Of a stretch of DNA of 64,000 bases, positions 12,291-24,450 are shown piece by piece. The DNA comes from Callorhinchus milii (Eukaryota). The stretch lies in the NCBI RefSeq assembly GCF_018977255.1, contig NW_024704743.1:19532001-19596000 (forward strand). Direction: 5' to 3'. Positions within the stretch are counted from its first letter, which is position 1. The number at the start of each line of letters is the position of its first letter. The position numbers were made by a program, and so were the translations under genes. The notes below the pieces were generated by a model, which saw only the letters and a program-made list of their open reading frames with translations, made no database searches and was not told where the DNA came from.

Positions 12291-12914
12291 GATTAAACAA
12301 AATTCAACAGATACTATACATGGAACAATGCATTTTAGTCTTGAAATGGGTTAATCTACTCAAAACCCTTCTTTTTAAGGGCATGTCTTTGCATGCAAAT
12401 GCATATTTTTCAAAAACTATCACATTTGTATTTACCATCTCCAGGTCCACTGTCAAATATTATCTACAGAAATGCTGAGTTGCGTCTGACATACTGATTC
12501 TTGCTGTAGTGTTTGAAAGCTCTTAATTTATCTTATCTTAAAAGTTGCTCCTTTAATTTATTCTCCCACTGGATTGTTTTGTGCATTTTGAAAGGCATGG
12601 CTAGTGGAGAATATGCAAGCCAGCAAATTAAAAAAAAGATTTACCACTGAAATTGAACTGATGTGGTCTAAAGAAATGAACTAATAGTGCGGTCAGGTTC
12701 AGGGTCTATGCATCTTTGTAATTTTATATGAAGTTCCCATTCAATACCTTGACCCATAGTGTTAAAACTTCACGCAGGTAGTAATCATCACAAAGTCTTA
12801 ACAAAAAAATGTTTTTAAGAATAATTTGGTTAATAAATTTGAGTTGCAGTATTTTGTAGCTTTTTCGGGTTGTGAATAAAGTTTTGAAATCAGCTAGTTG
12901 TTGTATAGAATAAT

Positions 12915-13370
12915 AATTTACGTTTATGTAACACCTTTCACCTTGAGAAGACATCTGAAGCCTGAGGGTGGTATGGGGTGGAGGGGCTTGTGAGTAAACT
13001 GATCGAAAACGAAAATGGGGGCAGACTGGCTAAAAGTTTTCCGTTATTGGTGGGGCAGATTGGGCGCGGGACGTGAAGCAGGCTGATGTTTGCTGAGTGA
13101 AACGAGCGGTTGGGTCAGAAGGAATGTAGGAGGTCGCAGAGATAAGGTGTGAAGAAGCCATGGAGGGATTTGAAAGCAAGGACAGGGATCTTGAATTTCA
13201 TCTGCTAGGGGATGGGGAGCCGATTGAGCCCAGCGAGGAGAGGAACTGGTGTGAGAGAGGTAAAAGGCTGCAGAGTTCTGGATGGTCTGGAGCTTATGTA
13301 TGGAGAAGCCGAGGAGGCCAGTTGGAATAATAAATTCTGGCCATAATGAAGGCTTGGGTGATGGAGGGGG
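12915..13370 (-). mobile_element. Older L2 3' fragment
   Basis: Colinear with, but diverged from, 24451-25100. Confidence 0.7.
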
Positions 13371-13601
13371 AGATTTTAAATTTAAAGGCTATGAATTCTC
13401 AGAGTTACTCTCATGATAATCACTCAGATTTTGGACCCACTGAGATCTCTCAACGTGTGCAACAAGGTTTACTGTAGCATAAAGGAACATAACACTTTAA
13501 ATGAAACAATAATTTATCGATCTGCAGAAAATCAATGGGGGTTTAACCCTTGAACACAACTTGAAATATTGAATCTCAGATATACATGCACATAGCTTAA
13601 A

Positions 13602-13728
13602 AGCAATCTCAGCATGGCCTGGGATTCGAACCAGCCTGGTTCATAAACTGCAGCTCATGCTGTCGTGAATAGAGCTGCAGTTTTTATGAATCAGGCTGGT
13701 TTGAATCCCAGTCCATGCTGAGTTTGCT
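13602..13728. repeat. Long inverted repeat (55 and 57 nt arms, 15-nt loop)
   Basis: The arms differ by 4 substitutions and a 2-nt indel. Confidence 0.92.
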
Positions 13729-14000
13729 GCTCTCAGCCTAGCTGCACAGAAATGCTAAATTGGCCCTAACTTTACCATGGTTAGGGAGGGGGAAACCAGC
13801 AAAGATTCCTGATCCTAGTCCTTCTGCAGCACCCTCGATTGGTTGTGTCACCCGGGAGGGGATAGGTCAGGCTCGGCTGCATGCAATGCTCTCTGCAGCC
13901 AAGTGGGATTGACACTGACTACCAAGGCTCACACGTTAAGAATGGTCCCTTGGATGAGGTGCTGGAGGGAAAGCAGCACCTATGGAACCACGCCCAAGTA
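13660..14000 (+). mobile_element. Third tRNA-headed SINE family, near full length
   Basis: B-box-like ggtttgaatccc. The body (ggttagggagggggaaaccagc...ttcctgatcct...ggataggtcaggctcggctg...ggctcacacgttaagaatgg) recurs at about 63480-63735 (+) and 35170-35380 (-). Confidence 0.65.
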
Positions 14001-14519
14001 AGAGGAGGCCAGACCAGGAACAGAGAGGGATATCCGATGTGGAAAAAAATATTGAATGCATTAACAAGAAGAGAAACGGCTGTAAATAATATTTTTTCAC
14101 CTTGTGTATGTCATAGAGGGAAAAGGGCATAGTAACTAGACAGGAAAAAGGTTCATACCTCTTGGTGAAACATATCAATAAATTAGAACATGTTAATTTT
14201 ATACTTCAAAATGCATTAAATGATGCTGCAGATTGATGAAAAGAGTCTGTAACTCTAATGAGGCATTTGGATCTCATTTGCGGTATTTCTTAACGGACTG
14301 CTTAATAAGCAATTTCTGTGTCACATAATTAGGGAATCCTTCTGGTAACCAGAAGCGCATCAGGCAGAACTGCAGGAACTCTGCTCTGACACAAAATGCT
14401 TCCAACAATAATAACAACAACTTGCATTTATAAAGCGCACCTCATGCAGGGTAGCGTCCCAGAGCGCTTTCCAGAGAATGGTCCTTGCAGGCTGGTGGAA
14501 ATTCTACCAGGATTCCTTA

Positions 14520-14912
14520 TTGGAGCTCAAGATCCTTCAAGGCCCTCCACGGCCTTGCCTCTCCCTACCTCTGCGACCTGCTGACCCCATATCAACCTGT
14601 CCGTTCCTTCCGCTCATCAGGCTGTGGCTTGCTCCACATCCCCCTCCCGGCCCACTCCGCAAATGGCAGTCGGGCCTTCAACCTTTATGCCCCCACCCTA
14701 GGGAACTCCATCCCACATTCCCTTCACCTCGCTCCCTCCATTGCCTCCTTCAAGGCATGTCTCAAAACTCTTCTTCGACCAAGCCACCCTCTTACCCTCC
14801 CTGCCTCCACCCTCCCTGATCCCGACCCCCAGCTCGGGTTCAGATCCCTGACTGTCCAGCACCATGGAACATCCTCCCGACGTGAAAGGCGCTATACAAA
14901 TGTAATGTATTT
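14520..14912 (+). mobile_element. L2 3' end
   Basis: FKALHGLASPYLCDLL peptide; tail cccgacgtgaaaggcgctatacaaatg. Confidence 0.85.
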
Positions 14913-15174
14913 GGATTGAGGAATATCATTAAGAAATACAACAAATATTAAACTCCAGTAAATAACTGTAAAATAAAACGGTTTGTAGTGACCTGCTTTG
15001 TTGAGAAAGTTTGCTCCAGTACATTTTAAGGTGGAAAAAAAATGCTCTCAGAATAAACGCAATAAAAGTAGTGATTTGGCTAACAACCTTAATTAGAAAC
15101 TGAACGTCTCTGACTCCGTCGACCCGGGGAGTGCTAACCTATTTTGTGTAACGCACTCGTTATTTTCATTCTAA

Positions 15175-15510
15175 AATAATAATCCATGCACCTTTTACGT
15201 TGTGAAGTCTCAAAGAGCTTCACGGAATTTTACCGTGAAGTGAAGTAACTGTGCAGTTGTAGGTGAACACACTATTTGCGCACAGCAATGTACCACAAAG
15301 AGTAGTGAAGTGAATGACCAATCTTATCTTGGGAAATATTGGACACGACACCAGAAAAGACTTTTTGAATAGTGTCATGGAATGTTTAACCGCCTGAACA
15401 AGTAAATGGGATTTTGTTTTAACCTCTGATCACGAGTGCGGCACCTCGAGCAATGCAGGGCACCCCCAGCACTGTACTGAAGTGTCTACTAGACTATCTG
15501 AGTTGAAGTC
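15175..15510 (-). mobile_element. Old Deu-domain SINE
   Basis: Antisense match to the other old SINE copies. Confidence 0.7.
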
Positions 15511-16239
15511 ATGAATTTTAATTGTTTTAAATCATTATTCTGGTTATGCTCCAGTCGTTGGTGAAATGACAGAACTTGGCAGCATGTGTTTCCATTGAGA
15601 CTGTCCCATTCTAAGCACTTACCATCACTTCTGGAAAATTTACCAAAAGTTGGAACTAGCTCTCCATTTTACTTTATTTGTAACAGTCTCATTATTACAT
15701 GTTATATAATATATAATCAAAGATATTACTGTATGGAATAAGGTCCATGTAACCCCAAATAATAGATTTTACAGCTGAATATACAGCCAGAATGCAATGT
15801 TAGTGGGCAAAGGGTCCAGTGAATTGGAAATTCAGCATTGCAGCATGAATTGTGCGCAATTGGCTGCCGCGTTTCGCCCACAAAATATGCAGTCAATTCA
15901 CTTTACAGTATATTTTGTGAAGGGCTTTGAGATGTCCAGAAGACATGAAGAGCGTTATATCAAAATGCAAAATGTAAGGGTTATGCCTCTAGATCGCAGT
16001 TAAGCCAGAGGTAGTTTCTCCATATACAAAAAACACGCACTGGGGGCAAGGAATCCTCCCACTCAGCTTAGTTAACCCTGCAAGCTAAAGCCCTAATGGA
16101 CAAGCAGCAGGAAAGCTTGCCAGACAGCAATATCAATATCAAACTATGCGATTTTAGCTCATTACCTCATTGCACACTCTGAGGTCCCAAAACTTTGGCT
16201 CTTGCTAACCTGCATTTAATACTTTACAGAATTAAATAA

Positions 16240-16850
16240 GCAACAACAACAACTTGCATTTATATAGCGCCTTCACGTGTGATAGTGTCCCAGAGCTCTT
16301 GACAGTAGCGGAGTCTGACACCGAGCCAGCAGAGAGGGAGTGGGGAGGCGATCGTAAGCATGATCAAAAAAGAAGGACTTTCAGCTGGATTTGAAAGTGG
16401 GGAGGGAGGGGGCAAGGGGGAGGGATTGAGGAGAGAGTTCCAGTTTTAGTGCGTAGTGACTGAAGGCACGGTCACCGATGGTGGAGCGGAGGGAGTGAGG
16501 AACAAACAGAAGGCCGGAGCCAGCCAAGCGGAGACAGCGAGTGGTGGAGTGGGGGGCTATGCAAATCTGATAGGTGGGGAAGTGCCAGGGCAGGAAGGGA
16601 TTCGAAAACAAGTGAGAGGATCGTGAAATCGATCTGTTTGGTAATTTGGAGCCAGTGGAGCCTGGCAAGGACTGGTGTGATGGGTTTTGAATTAATTGTA
16701 TTTTGGGTACGGTGGCGCTGGGGAGACCAGCAAGGATGGCATTGGAATAGTCCAGCCAGGAAGTGACGAAGGCAAGGATGAGGGTTTCGGCTGCTTTGGT
16801 TGTGAGGTACGAATGGAGCAGGCAATGTGACGGAGGTATAAAAAAGACGA
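16240..16850 (-). mobile_element. L2 3' fragment
   Basis: PITPVLARLHWL and TIGDRAFSHYA peptides; (CAA)n tail. Confidence 0.85.
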
Positions 16851-18911
16851 TCGAAAGCAGTCAGTTTGCATTATAACCATCCGAAATATATCAATGATTC
16901 ATGACATTTTTTAACTCTTTAAAACAAAATGAGTTGCCGAGTGCTACAGAGGATTGGAACTGGAAAATAAAACAGAGGCAAGTGGAAACTTTTAAAAGTT
17001 ATATTAAGGCTGTGTAAAATATGGGGTAATATTTGCAGTGTATCTTGTGCCAATTAAGACGAGATGATTCAGGAATACCGCAAATATTTTTCTTAATTTA
17101 TTTATATTCTGTTCTTGTGGTAAACTCTCTCGTATCACCTCAGAATGTGCTGCTTTTTTTTGATGAGCTTCAAGCTCATACACATGGGAACTCACCACCA
17201 TGGTTAACAGCATCCAATTCAAACTGGGATACTGTTCCACATGTATATGGTAATTTCTATTTGTCTGGAATGGAGTGCGCACTCTCTCCCTGAAGGGATG
17301 CACTCTGCTCACCTAACTCCAGGAAGCATTATACACATCTTATCAAAAGTCAAACTTGGGAACCTCAGAGCGTGCATTGGGATATTGCTAGACTTTAAGC
17401 AGCTAAAAACACTCAGCCTGCCATTGCAAACACTGACGAGTTTCTTGTTCTTTGTCCAGTTAGGACTACGCTACCGGATAGAGCTTTAGCTTGAAGAGGT
17501 AACATGTGCCAAGTAGGAAGAATCTCTTCCCCCACTAGTGCACTGCTCCCACAATGACTTCTAGCAGCAGCCGTTCAGCAGCCACAGGCCGATTAAAAGG
17601 AAAATGTGTGGGTTTTGGTAGAGAAATCCCAACAATTAAACTTTGATTTGGAATTAGAACTGCCATTCTCACAGTCTAGATCAGGAAAACATTTTTATGG
17701 TGCATCCTGTGACTTTTTTTTAAACCGGAGGGGCTGCATACATCAACAACAACTTTACACTTATATAGTGCCTTTGAAAGAAGTCAAAATAACTATCAAT
17801 ATCTGTAAATTTGCCAGACCCAACATTCCTCTTTACTTCTCCTTTATATGACCTGGTTAAGTTTCAAAATTCCACCTAGTTTTAGCCTGTAAGACCATTT
17901 TATCTTACATTTCAGGTCACACAGAATTATGTAAAATTCATCAATCCAATGTTACTTTGGGAGATAATTTTTAATAAATGTAGGAGCATTGAATTGGAGT
18001 GTCAGCCTAGTCCACAAGCTCAAAGTGCTTTCACTGCAAAGCTCTGTGACATAATGTATATTGTTCAGTTCTTCAGGGAAAGAAAAGCTGCTATAACATC
18101 TGATATATAGATTATCCTATCGTAATAGTCAACAGAATCTGGGATAGTGTATTTTGGGATCCTATTGCATTTCTCTGGTCACTAAATAATTATCCCTTAT
18201 TCCTTGAAGGATATTGAATATCCTGATATTTAAAACACATAACCCAGGTTCAATAATAGATTCTTCTCTTTATATACAACTTTCTTTGACTCCAAAAGAC
18301 ACTTTCAGAAAGCCAGGTGGGATTTGCACATGTGGAATGTCGTGCAAAAATGATATTTGAAACAAAATTCATGACCATTTTGGCAACTATTTGCAAAAGG
18401 AAATATAAAACAGGATAGGAAAGTATAGGTTTTGAGACTAAATGGATAGCTCTTTCAGCGATCTGGCACAGTGATGATGGGTCCAAATTGCCGCCTCTAC
18501 GTTGTAAGATTTTGTCGAGGCTAAATAGTTCACTTTCAAATCTCAGTCATTCTGTCTCCACTCTGGAATTCCATCTCAGAATCCATTCACCTCTTTCCCT
18601 CCTCCCCACCTTCAAAAGCTGCCTTCAGCTCGGGGTGTCAGACAGCAGTGTGAAGCACATTGAGATATCTTCCTGACATGAAAGACACTATTTAAATGAA
18701 AATTGTTATTCTTGTAATGCATCCAGAACTTGATATTACTAGCAAATACCCTCCTAATATGTGTTCATGATAGTAGTAGTGTAACACTTTTCAAAGACGA
18801 TGTCCAAACCAGTCTTTGTAAAATGCTTGAGGCATTATCTTTTGTTATAGGCAGTATATAATTGCAAGTTGTTATTGTAACAGTTGTGACCTACACAGCA
18901 TATAGCTAGAT

Positions 18912-18975
18912 ATTATAAGGAGGGCACCTTCAATAATGCCTTCTTATAACAAAATGAAGGTGCCCTCCTTATAAT
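18912..18975. repeat. Perfect 21-bp inverted repeat, 22-nt spacer
   Basis: attataaggagggcaccttca / tgaaggtgccctccttataat. Confidence 0.92.
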
Positions 18976-19949
18976 TTAATATTAAAATAATCTTACATTT
19001 GTTATAGTGCCTTTCATGCTGGGAGGTCATTCCAAAGCGCTTCCCTGGATATACTGGAAAGTAGAGTGACTGTGGCAGCCAATCAGCAATGTCCTACAAA
19101 CAGTCATGAAGTGAACATCCAATTTTATTTGTGCATGGAAGCATCAGCATAGACTAGGAGCTTTACATCCAAACCTGGGGCTTGAACCCACAATATTCTG
19201 AGTGAGAGGTGAGAACGCTATCAAGGCTGACACCCTATTTGCTTGCTCAAGAAAAAGGCATGGCCTGTGAGCAAGTCTGAGCTCTTTATGTGTGTTTGCG
19301 ACATACATTCCACTGTGTCTGTGCATATATATCTGTCCAGTTGGCGGAATGTTGTGTAAGCAATCCTGCACCACTGGCTCGAATCACCCCTTTTACAGTT
19401 AGGAAGCAGAGCTACCTGTCTGCTTCCTTTGTCTGGTTCACTGGAATGGAAATTCATCCCCTTGGAACCAGAACAGCTGATCAAGTGAACAGTGTGTTAA
19501 GCTCTTGTGACTGGGCTGGCTGCCAAATGTCTGGGAAACTACTGAAGTTGGAGTAAAGTCTGGTATTTTGTATTATTCAAATTGTAAAAGGCTTCCTGTC
19601 TTTCATCTTTATCCCACACTTGCTCCTTTCCGTCGTCTCACTCTCTAGTTTCGGAAATTTCCTTTTACTTTCTTCTCCTCCTCCTTCATCCTCCTCCTCC
19701 TCGTCCAAGATTTACATGAACCATGCTGGTCTTCATATTCTTTTCTAGTCTCACCTCTCTACTTATGCAGTCTTCAAGACCCTTTCCTCACTTTCAAATT
19801 CTTCCACAAGCTCATCCTACTGTGACCTTCTACAACCGTCTGTAATCTCCTACAACCCTAACAGCCCAGCCTCTACTTTCGCTAAGCGAACACTGGCCTG
19901 CTTCACGTTCCTTGCCCTATCTTCGTTGGACCTCTTAGCCTCATCCACC

Positions 19950-21065
19950 TTAGTGGGACTGGACTTGCATGGTTCGAGTCCTACTTAACCAAATGCCAGC
20001 ACTTCACCTCGGTCAATGGGTTTTCCTCTTGACCCCGGTCACCTGCAGTGTACCCCAAGGCTCCATTCTTGGCCCCCTTCTTTTCCTCATCTACATGCTC
20101 CCTCTTGGTGATGTCAGCCACAGACATGGGGTCAACTTCCACATGTATGCGGATGACACTCAAGTCTACTTTTCTTCCTCCAGCTGTGTTCACAGTCCGC
20201 TGACGTACTGTCAGCTTGTTTGATGGACATCAAAGCCTGGATGAGCTTAAATTTCCTACAGCTGAATGTCGGCAAGACAGAACCATACGCATTGTATGGC
20301 TCCCGTCAACGTCTTCTCTCCTGTGGGTCTAAACTCCTCAACCTCCCCAGGCTTTCCCTCAGACTCACCGAACCGGTGCGCAACTTAGGTGTCAGGTTCA
20401 ATCCCCAGCTTTCCTTTCTACCCCAAATCCATTCCCACACCTCACAACTGATGCAGCTGAAACCCTCATCCACGGCTTCATCACTTCTCGCTGGTCTCCC
20501 CAGGACCACCATACACAAAATCCAATTAATTAAAAACTCTGCCTCCTGGATATTCACCCGCACAAAGTTCTGTACCCCCATCACAACAGTCCTTGCCAGG
20601 TTTTTAATGAGTATGGTTCTGTCTTGCCGACATTCAGCTGTAGGAAATTTAAGCTCATCCAGGCTTTGATGTCCGTCAAACAAGCTGACAATTACTGAAT
20701 GGATCAATTTCAAGAACCCCTCACTCATTTTCAAATCACTTCATTCTCTCGTACTCCCTACCTATCCTACCTGATTAGGCCCCACTCCACCACCCGCTGC
20801 CTCCCTCGTACCCTCCGCTCCACCATCAGTGCTGTGCCTTCAGCCACTATGCTCCAAAACTCTGGCAATCTCTCCCACAATCCCTCCTCTTTGCTCCCTC
20901 TCTCCCCACCTTCTAATCCTGCCTAAAAACGTTCCTTTTTGATCGTGCTGATGGTCACCTACCCTTCCCTCTCCCCCGGCTCGTTGACAAACTCCGTCAC
21001 TGTGAAGTTCTCCGGGACGCTACCACGCGTGAAGGGCGCTGTGTAAATGCAAATTGATGCTATTA
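19950..21065 (+). mobile_element. L2 LINE fragment with RT core (VPQGSILGP...FHMYADDTQ), rearranged
   Basis: Frameshifted ORFs 19969-20223 and 20220-20669; tail near 21030-21065; internal inverted duplication. Confidence 0.9.
20209..20690. repeat. 85-bp inverted duplication (20209-20293 / 20606-20690)
   Basis: The arms differ at 2 positions. Confidence 0.92.
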
Positions 21066-21324
21066 TATCTGCCTGACCATGGCAGATGAGCTCTGGACTC
21101 TGGACCATGGCTCGGACTCACCTCCTGTCTCCCCACTTTAAAAGCCTGCTTCAAGAATTACCTTATTGACCATGCATTTGATCACCTTTTCCCCCCGCCA
21201 CCCTCTTCAGCTTATACCTCCTCTGCTGTAAATTGTACTATATTGGATTTTCTCCTGCCTGACATTCCAGCTTTTACTCTCTATACTTCTGACTAGTCTA
21301 TTGATCATTCCTACCCAGGGGCTA

Positions 21325-21895
21325 ATTTGCACACAGCAATGCAACCATGACCAATTTTATTTGGGGGAGTATTGGCCAGGACACGAGAAGATTCTCTCTG
21401 AAACAACAACAATAACTAATTACATTTGTGTAGCATCTTTTACATAGGAAGGACATCCAAAGGCAGGGATTTGGATGCAAGCTGGTGGTTGGGATCAGGA
21501 GGGGTGGAGGGCAAGGAGGGTAGGGGGGTGACCAAAGGCACGATCAAAGAGGAGGGTCTTGAGACCTGCCTTGATGGAGGCAAGGGAAGGAGCAAGGCGA
21601 AGGGAATGTATAATGGAATTTCAAAGGGTTGGGGCAGAGAAGCTGAAGGCCCGACTACTGATGGTGGGGCAGGCCGGGCGGGGGACGTAGATCAGATCTG
21701 CTGAGTGGAAGGAAAGGACAGGTTGATATGGCGTTAGCAGGTCACAGAGGTAGGAAGGAGCAAGACCATGGAGAGCTTTGCAAGTGGGATCCTTAATGCC
21801 CACGTGAACAGGCAGATGGGACCTCAGTTCAGTGTGTCATGGCTCCTCCAATAATGCAATGCTCCCCCAGCACCGCACTGGAGTGTTAGCCTAGT
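21325..21895 (-). mobile_element. Old Deu-domain SINE with an L2 3' end inserted (about 21401-21785)
   Basis: SINE body lies on both sides of an L2 fragment (KALHGLAPSYLCDLL). Confidence 0.75.
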
Positions 21896-23407
21896 GAATG
21901 AGCATTTAGGAACAAGTATTATTGTGTTTGACTGTGGATAAGCAAGAAAAGCATTCTGGAAGTTGATCTTCCTTCTGCTAACAGTGGTGTTAGAGTGAGA
22001 ATACAGTTAGCACCCTGGGGTCACACTCTGACTTGATTGAATACATGGAGCCATGCACATTGAGCTCCACTAGAAGTCTTCAGCACCCTTCAGAAATTTT
22101 CGCACCATCCTGGTTACTCCACCAACCAGCAATATCTGACAGAGAGGCAAGCTCTGCAAATCTCAGCAGAGTTTTCCTGTGTTTTGATTATGGCAGAATG
22201 TGCGAGCGATCTGCTGCAAACAAATCCTGCTTGAAGGTGATTACTTCTAATGTGGTAGAGCTCAGTGAGACATTGATTGATTCAAATACCTTTTATCTAC
22301 ATGAGGTCCTTGGTTGATTTACAGCTAAAGATCTGAGTGAGAGCAAAATTATATTTCGAAGGCAAAAGTAGTGTGCTTCAGTGTCTGCCATTGGAAATGT
22401 TTAGATCTGTTTCAAACATGTTGTTTCAGCAACTTTGCTTTATTCACATTAACTATTTGAACAAATATCAGTGGCGGGGGGCAATGTTTACGAGACTTCA
22501 ATCTCCCATCGATGAATGCTTTTGCCTGTTGGAAATTGGAATTAATTTATCTGCAGGCTCAATTTTACTCAGTCTCTAAGTTTAGGGAAGTGGTTAAGGA
22601 CTCTCTTACACATGTTTTCCTGCCAGAGCTGACATTGCAGTCTGCTAACCTTGTGCTAATCCAGGTCAGGCCTCTGTTCCGAGATTAAGTTTCCCACAAA
22701 CTGCGAAAGAAGTGATGATCAGTCTGTCCTGGCAGTAGATGGATACTTTGCATCCATGAAACTGGTGCAGAATCTATGATCCACTGAAAGGTCCAACAGA
22801 CAGAGTAATACTGTACTCTGTAGAATAACGGTAACACACAATGACAGTTGTAAGAACATTTAAAAAAAAACACTGCCTTGCAAACAGATTCAAATCCATT
22901 AACGTACAACCACGTAAGAGAACATATGTCCTTTTCTGGTCACAATATTTTGCTTGGCTAAACCAGAAAGACTTTTTGTGAATAAAGTTGACAGTAGAGT
23001 ACTAAAAAAGGAAATTCTTCCCACTACTATTGGTTGTTGGTTAGCCCGTATGCTGTGTGATGCACTTCAGTGAGACATGATCCTGGAAATTATGGATCAT
23101 TTAAACCTAATGTCTGTCATGAGTGAAAATGCTTGAGGTATGATAACACTAAAGAGCACAGACAGAGTTTGTGAGGATTCAGAAGTAACAGGTATGGCCT
23201 CACAAATCAATTGGAATAATAATAATAATAATCCTTGCATTTGATACAGCACCTTATCGTGTCGTTGAGATGTCTCAAAGCTCGTCATATAATGTAAAGT
23301 GGATTGACTGTATATTCTGTGGGCAAATATTTTAGGAGGTAAATATTCCATTATCCAATGGTTGTAATTACTTAGATATTCAGAAGACTTTTGATAAAAG
23401 TTTCATA

Positions 23408-23635
23408 TAATAATAATAATAATCCTTGCAATTTATTCAGCACCTTATCACTCCGGTTTCTGTAAAGCGTAGTGACTGTGTGTTTTGTGGGCCAATATGG
23501 CAGCCAATTTACAAAAGCAATGTCCTTCAGGCACCCTTGAAGTGAGTGACACCAGGGTAAACCGCCTTCTCTTTTCGAGTAGTGCCATAGTATCTTTATT
23601 GCCCACCTGAATAGGAGCCTCAGTTTAAAGTCTCA
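23408..23635 (-). mobile_element. Old Deu-domain SINE, truncated next to the CR1
   Basis: (AAT)n tail and cgagtagtgccatagtatcttt segment. Confidence 0.7.
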
Positions 23636-24450
23636 CCTCTGGATTTCAAAAAGTCTTTTGACACAGTACCGCGTAAGAGATTAATAAAAAANTTAGAGGC
23701 CCACGGTATTAAGGGGACAGTGGCAGTTTGGATTAAGAACTGGCTGAGTGACAGAAAGCAGAGGGTGGTGGTTAATGGGTGTTTCTCGAAATTGAAGGAG
23801 GTGTGCAGCGGTGTCCCCCAGGGATCAGTATTGGGACCACTGCTCTTTCTAATATATATTAATGATCTGGACTTGGGCATAGAGAGCACTATTTCTAAGT
23901 TTGCAGATGATACAAAGTTAGGTAGGGTAGTAAATAGTGAGGAGGACTGTAACCAACTGTAAGCAGACATACACAGAATGGTGGAATGGGCTGACATGTG
24001 GCAGATGGATTTCAGTGTGGATAAGTGTGAGGTGATACACTTAGGTAGGAAGAATGATAGGAGGCAATATAGACTTGGTAGCTCAATGTTAAGGGGGGTG
24101 AACGTACAGAGAGATCTGGGTGTTCTTAAGCGAATCATTAAAGGTAGCGGAGCAGGTAGATAAGGCAGTAAAAAAGGGCATTTGGTGTACTGATCTTTAT
24201 TAGTAGGGAGGTTATGGTTAATCTATACGAAACACTGGTTAGGCCTCAGCTGGAGTACTGCGTCCAGTTCTGGGCAACTTACTTCAGGAAGGACATTAAG
24301 GCAATGGAAAGGGTGCAGAGGAGATTCACGAGAATAATACCAGGAATGGGGAACCTTAACTATGAGGACAGGCTGGAGAAGTTAGGACTTTTCCCATTAG
24401 AGCAGAGAAGGTTATGCGGGGACCTGATAGCGGTCTTCAAGATCATGAAA

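Noticed and set aside
19298..19362. acattcc...ggaatgt inverted match as a miR-1/206-like hairpin
   Set aside because: Only 7 bp pair well, and the rest does not match the miR-1 family sequence.
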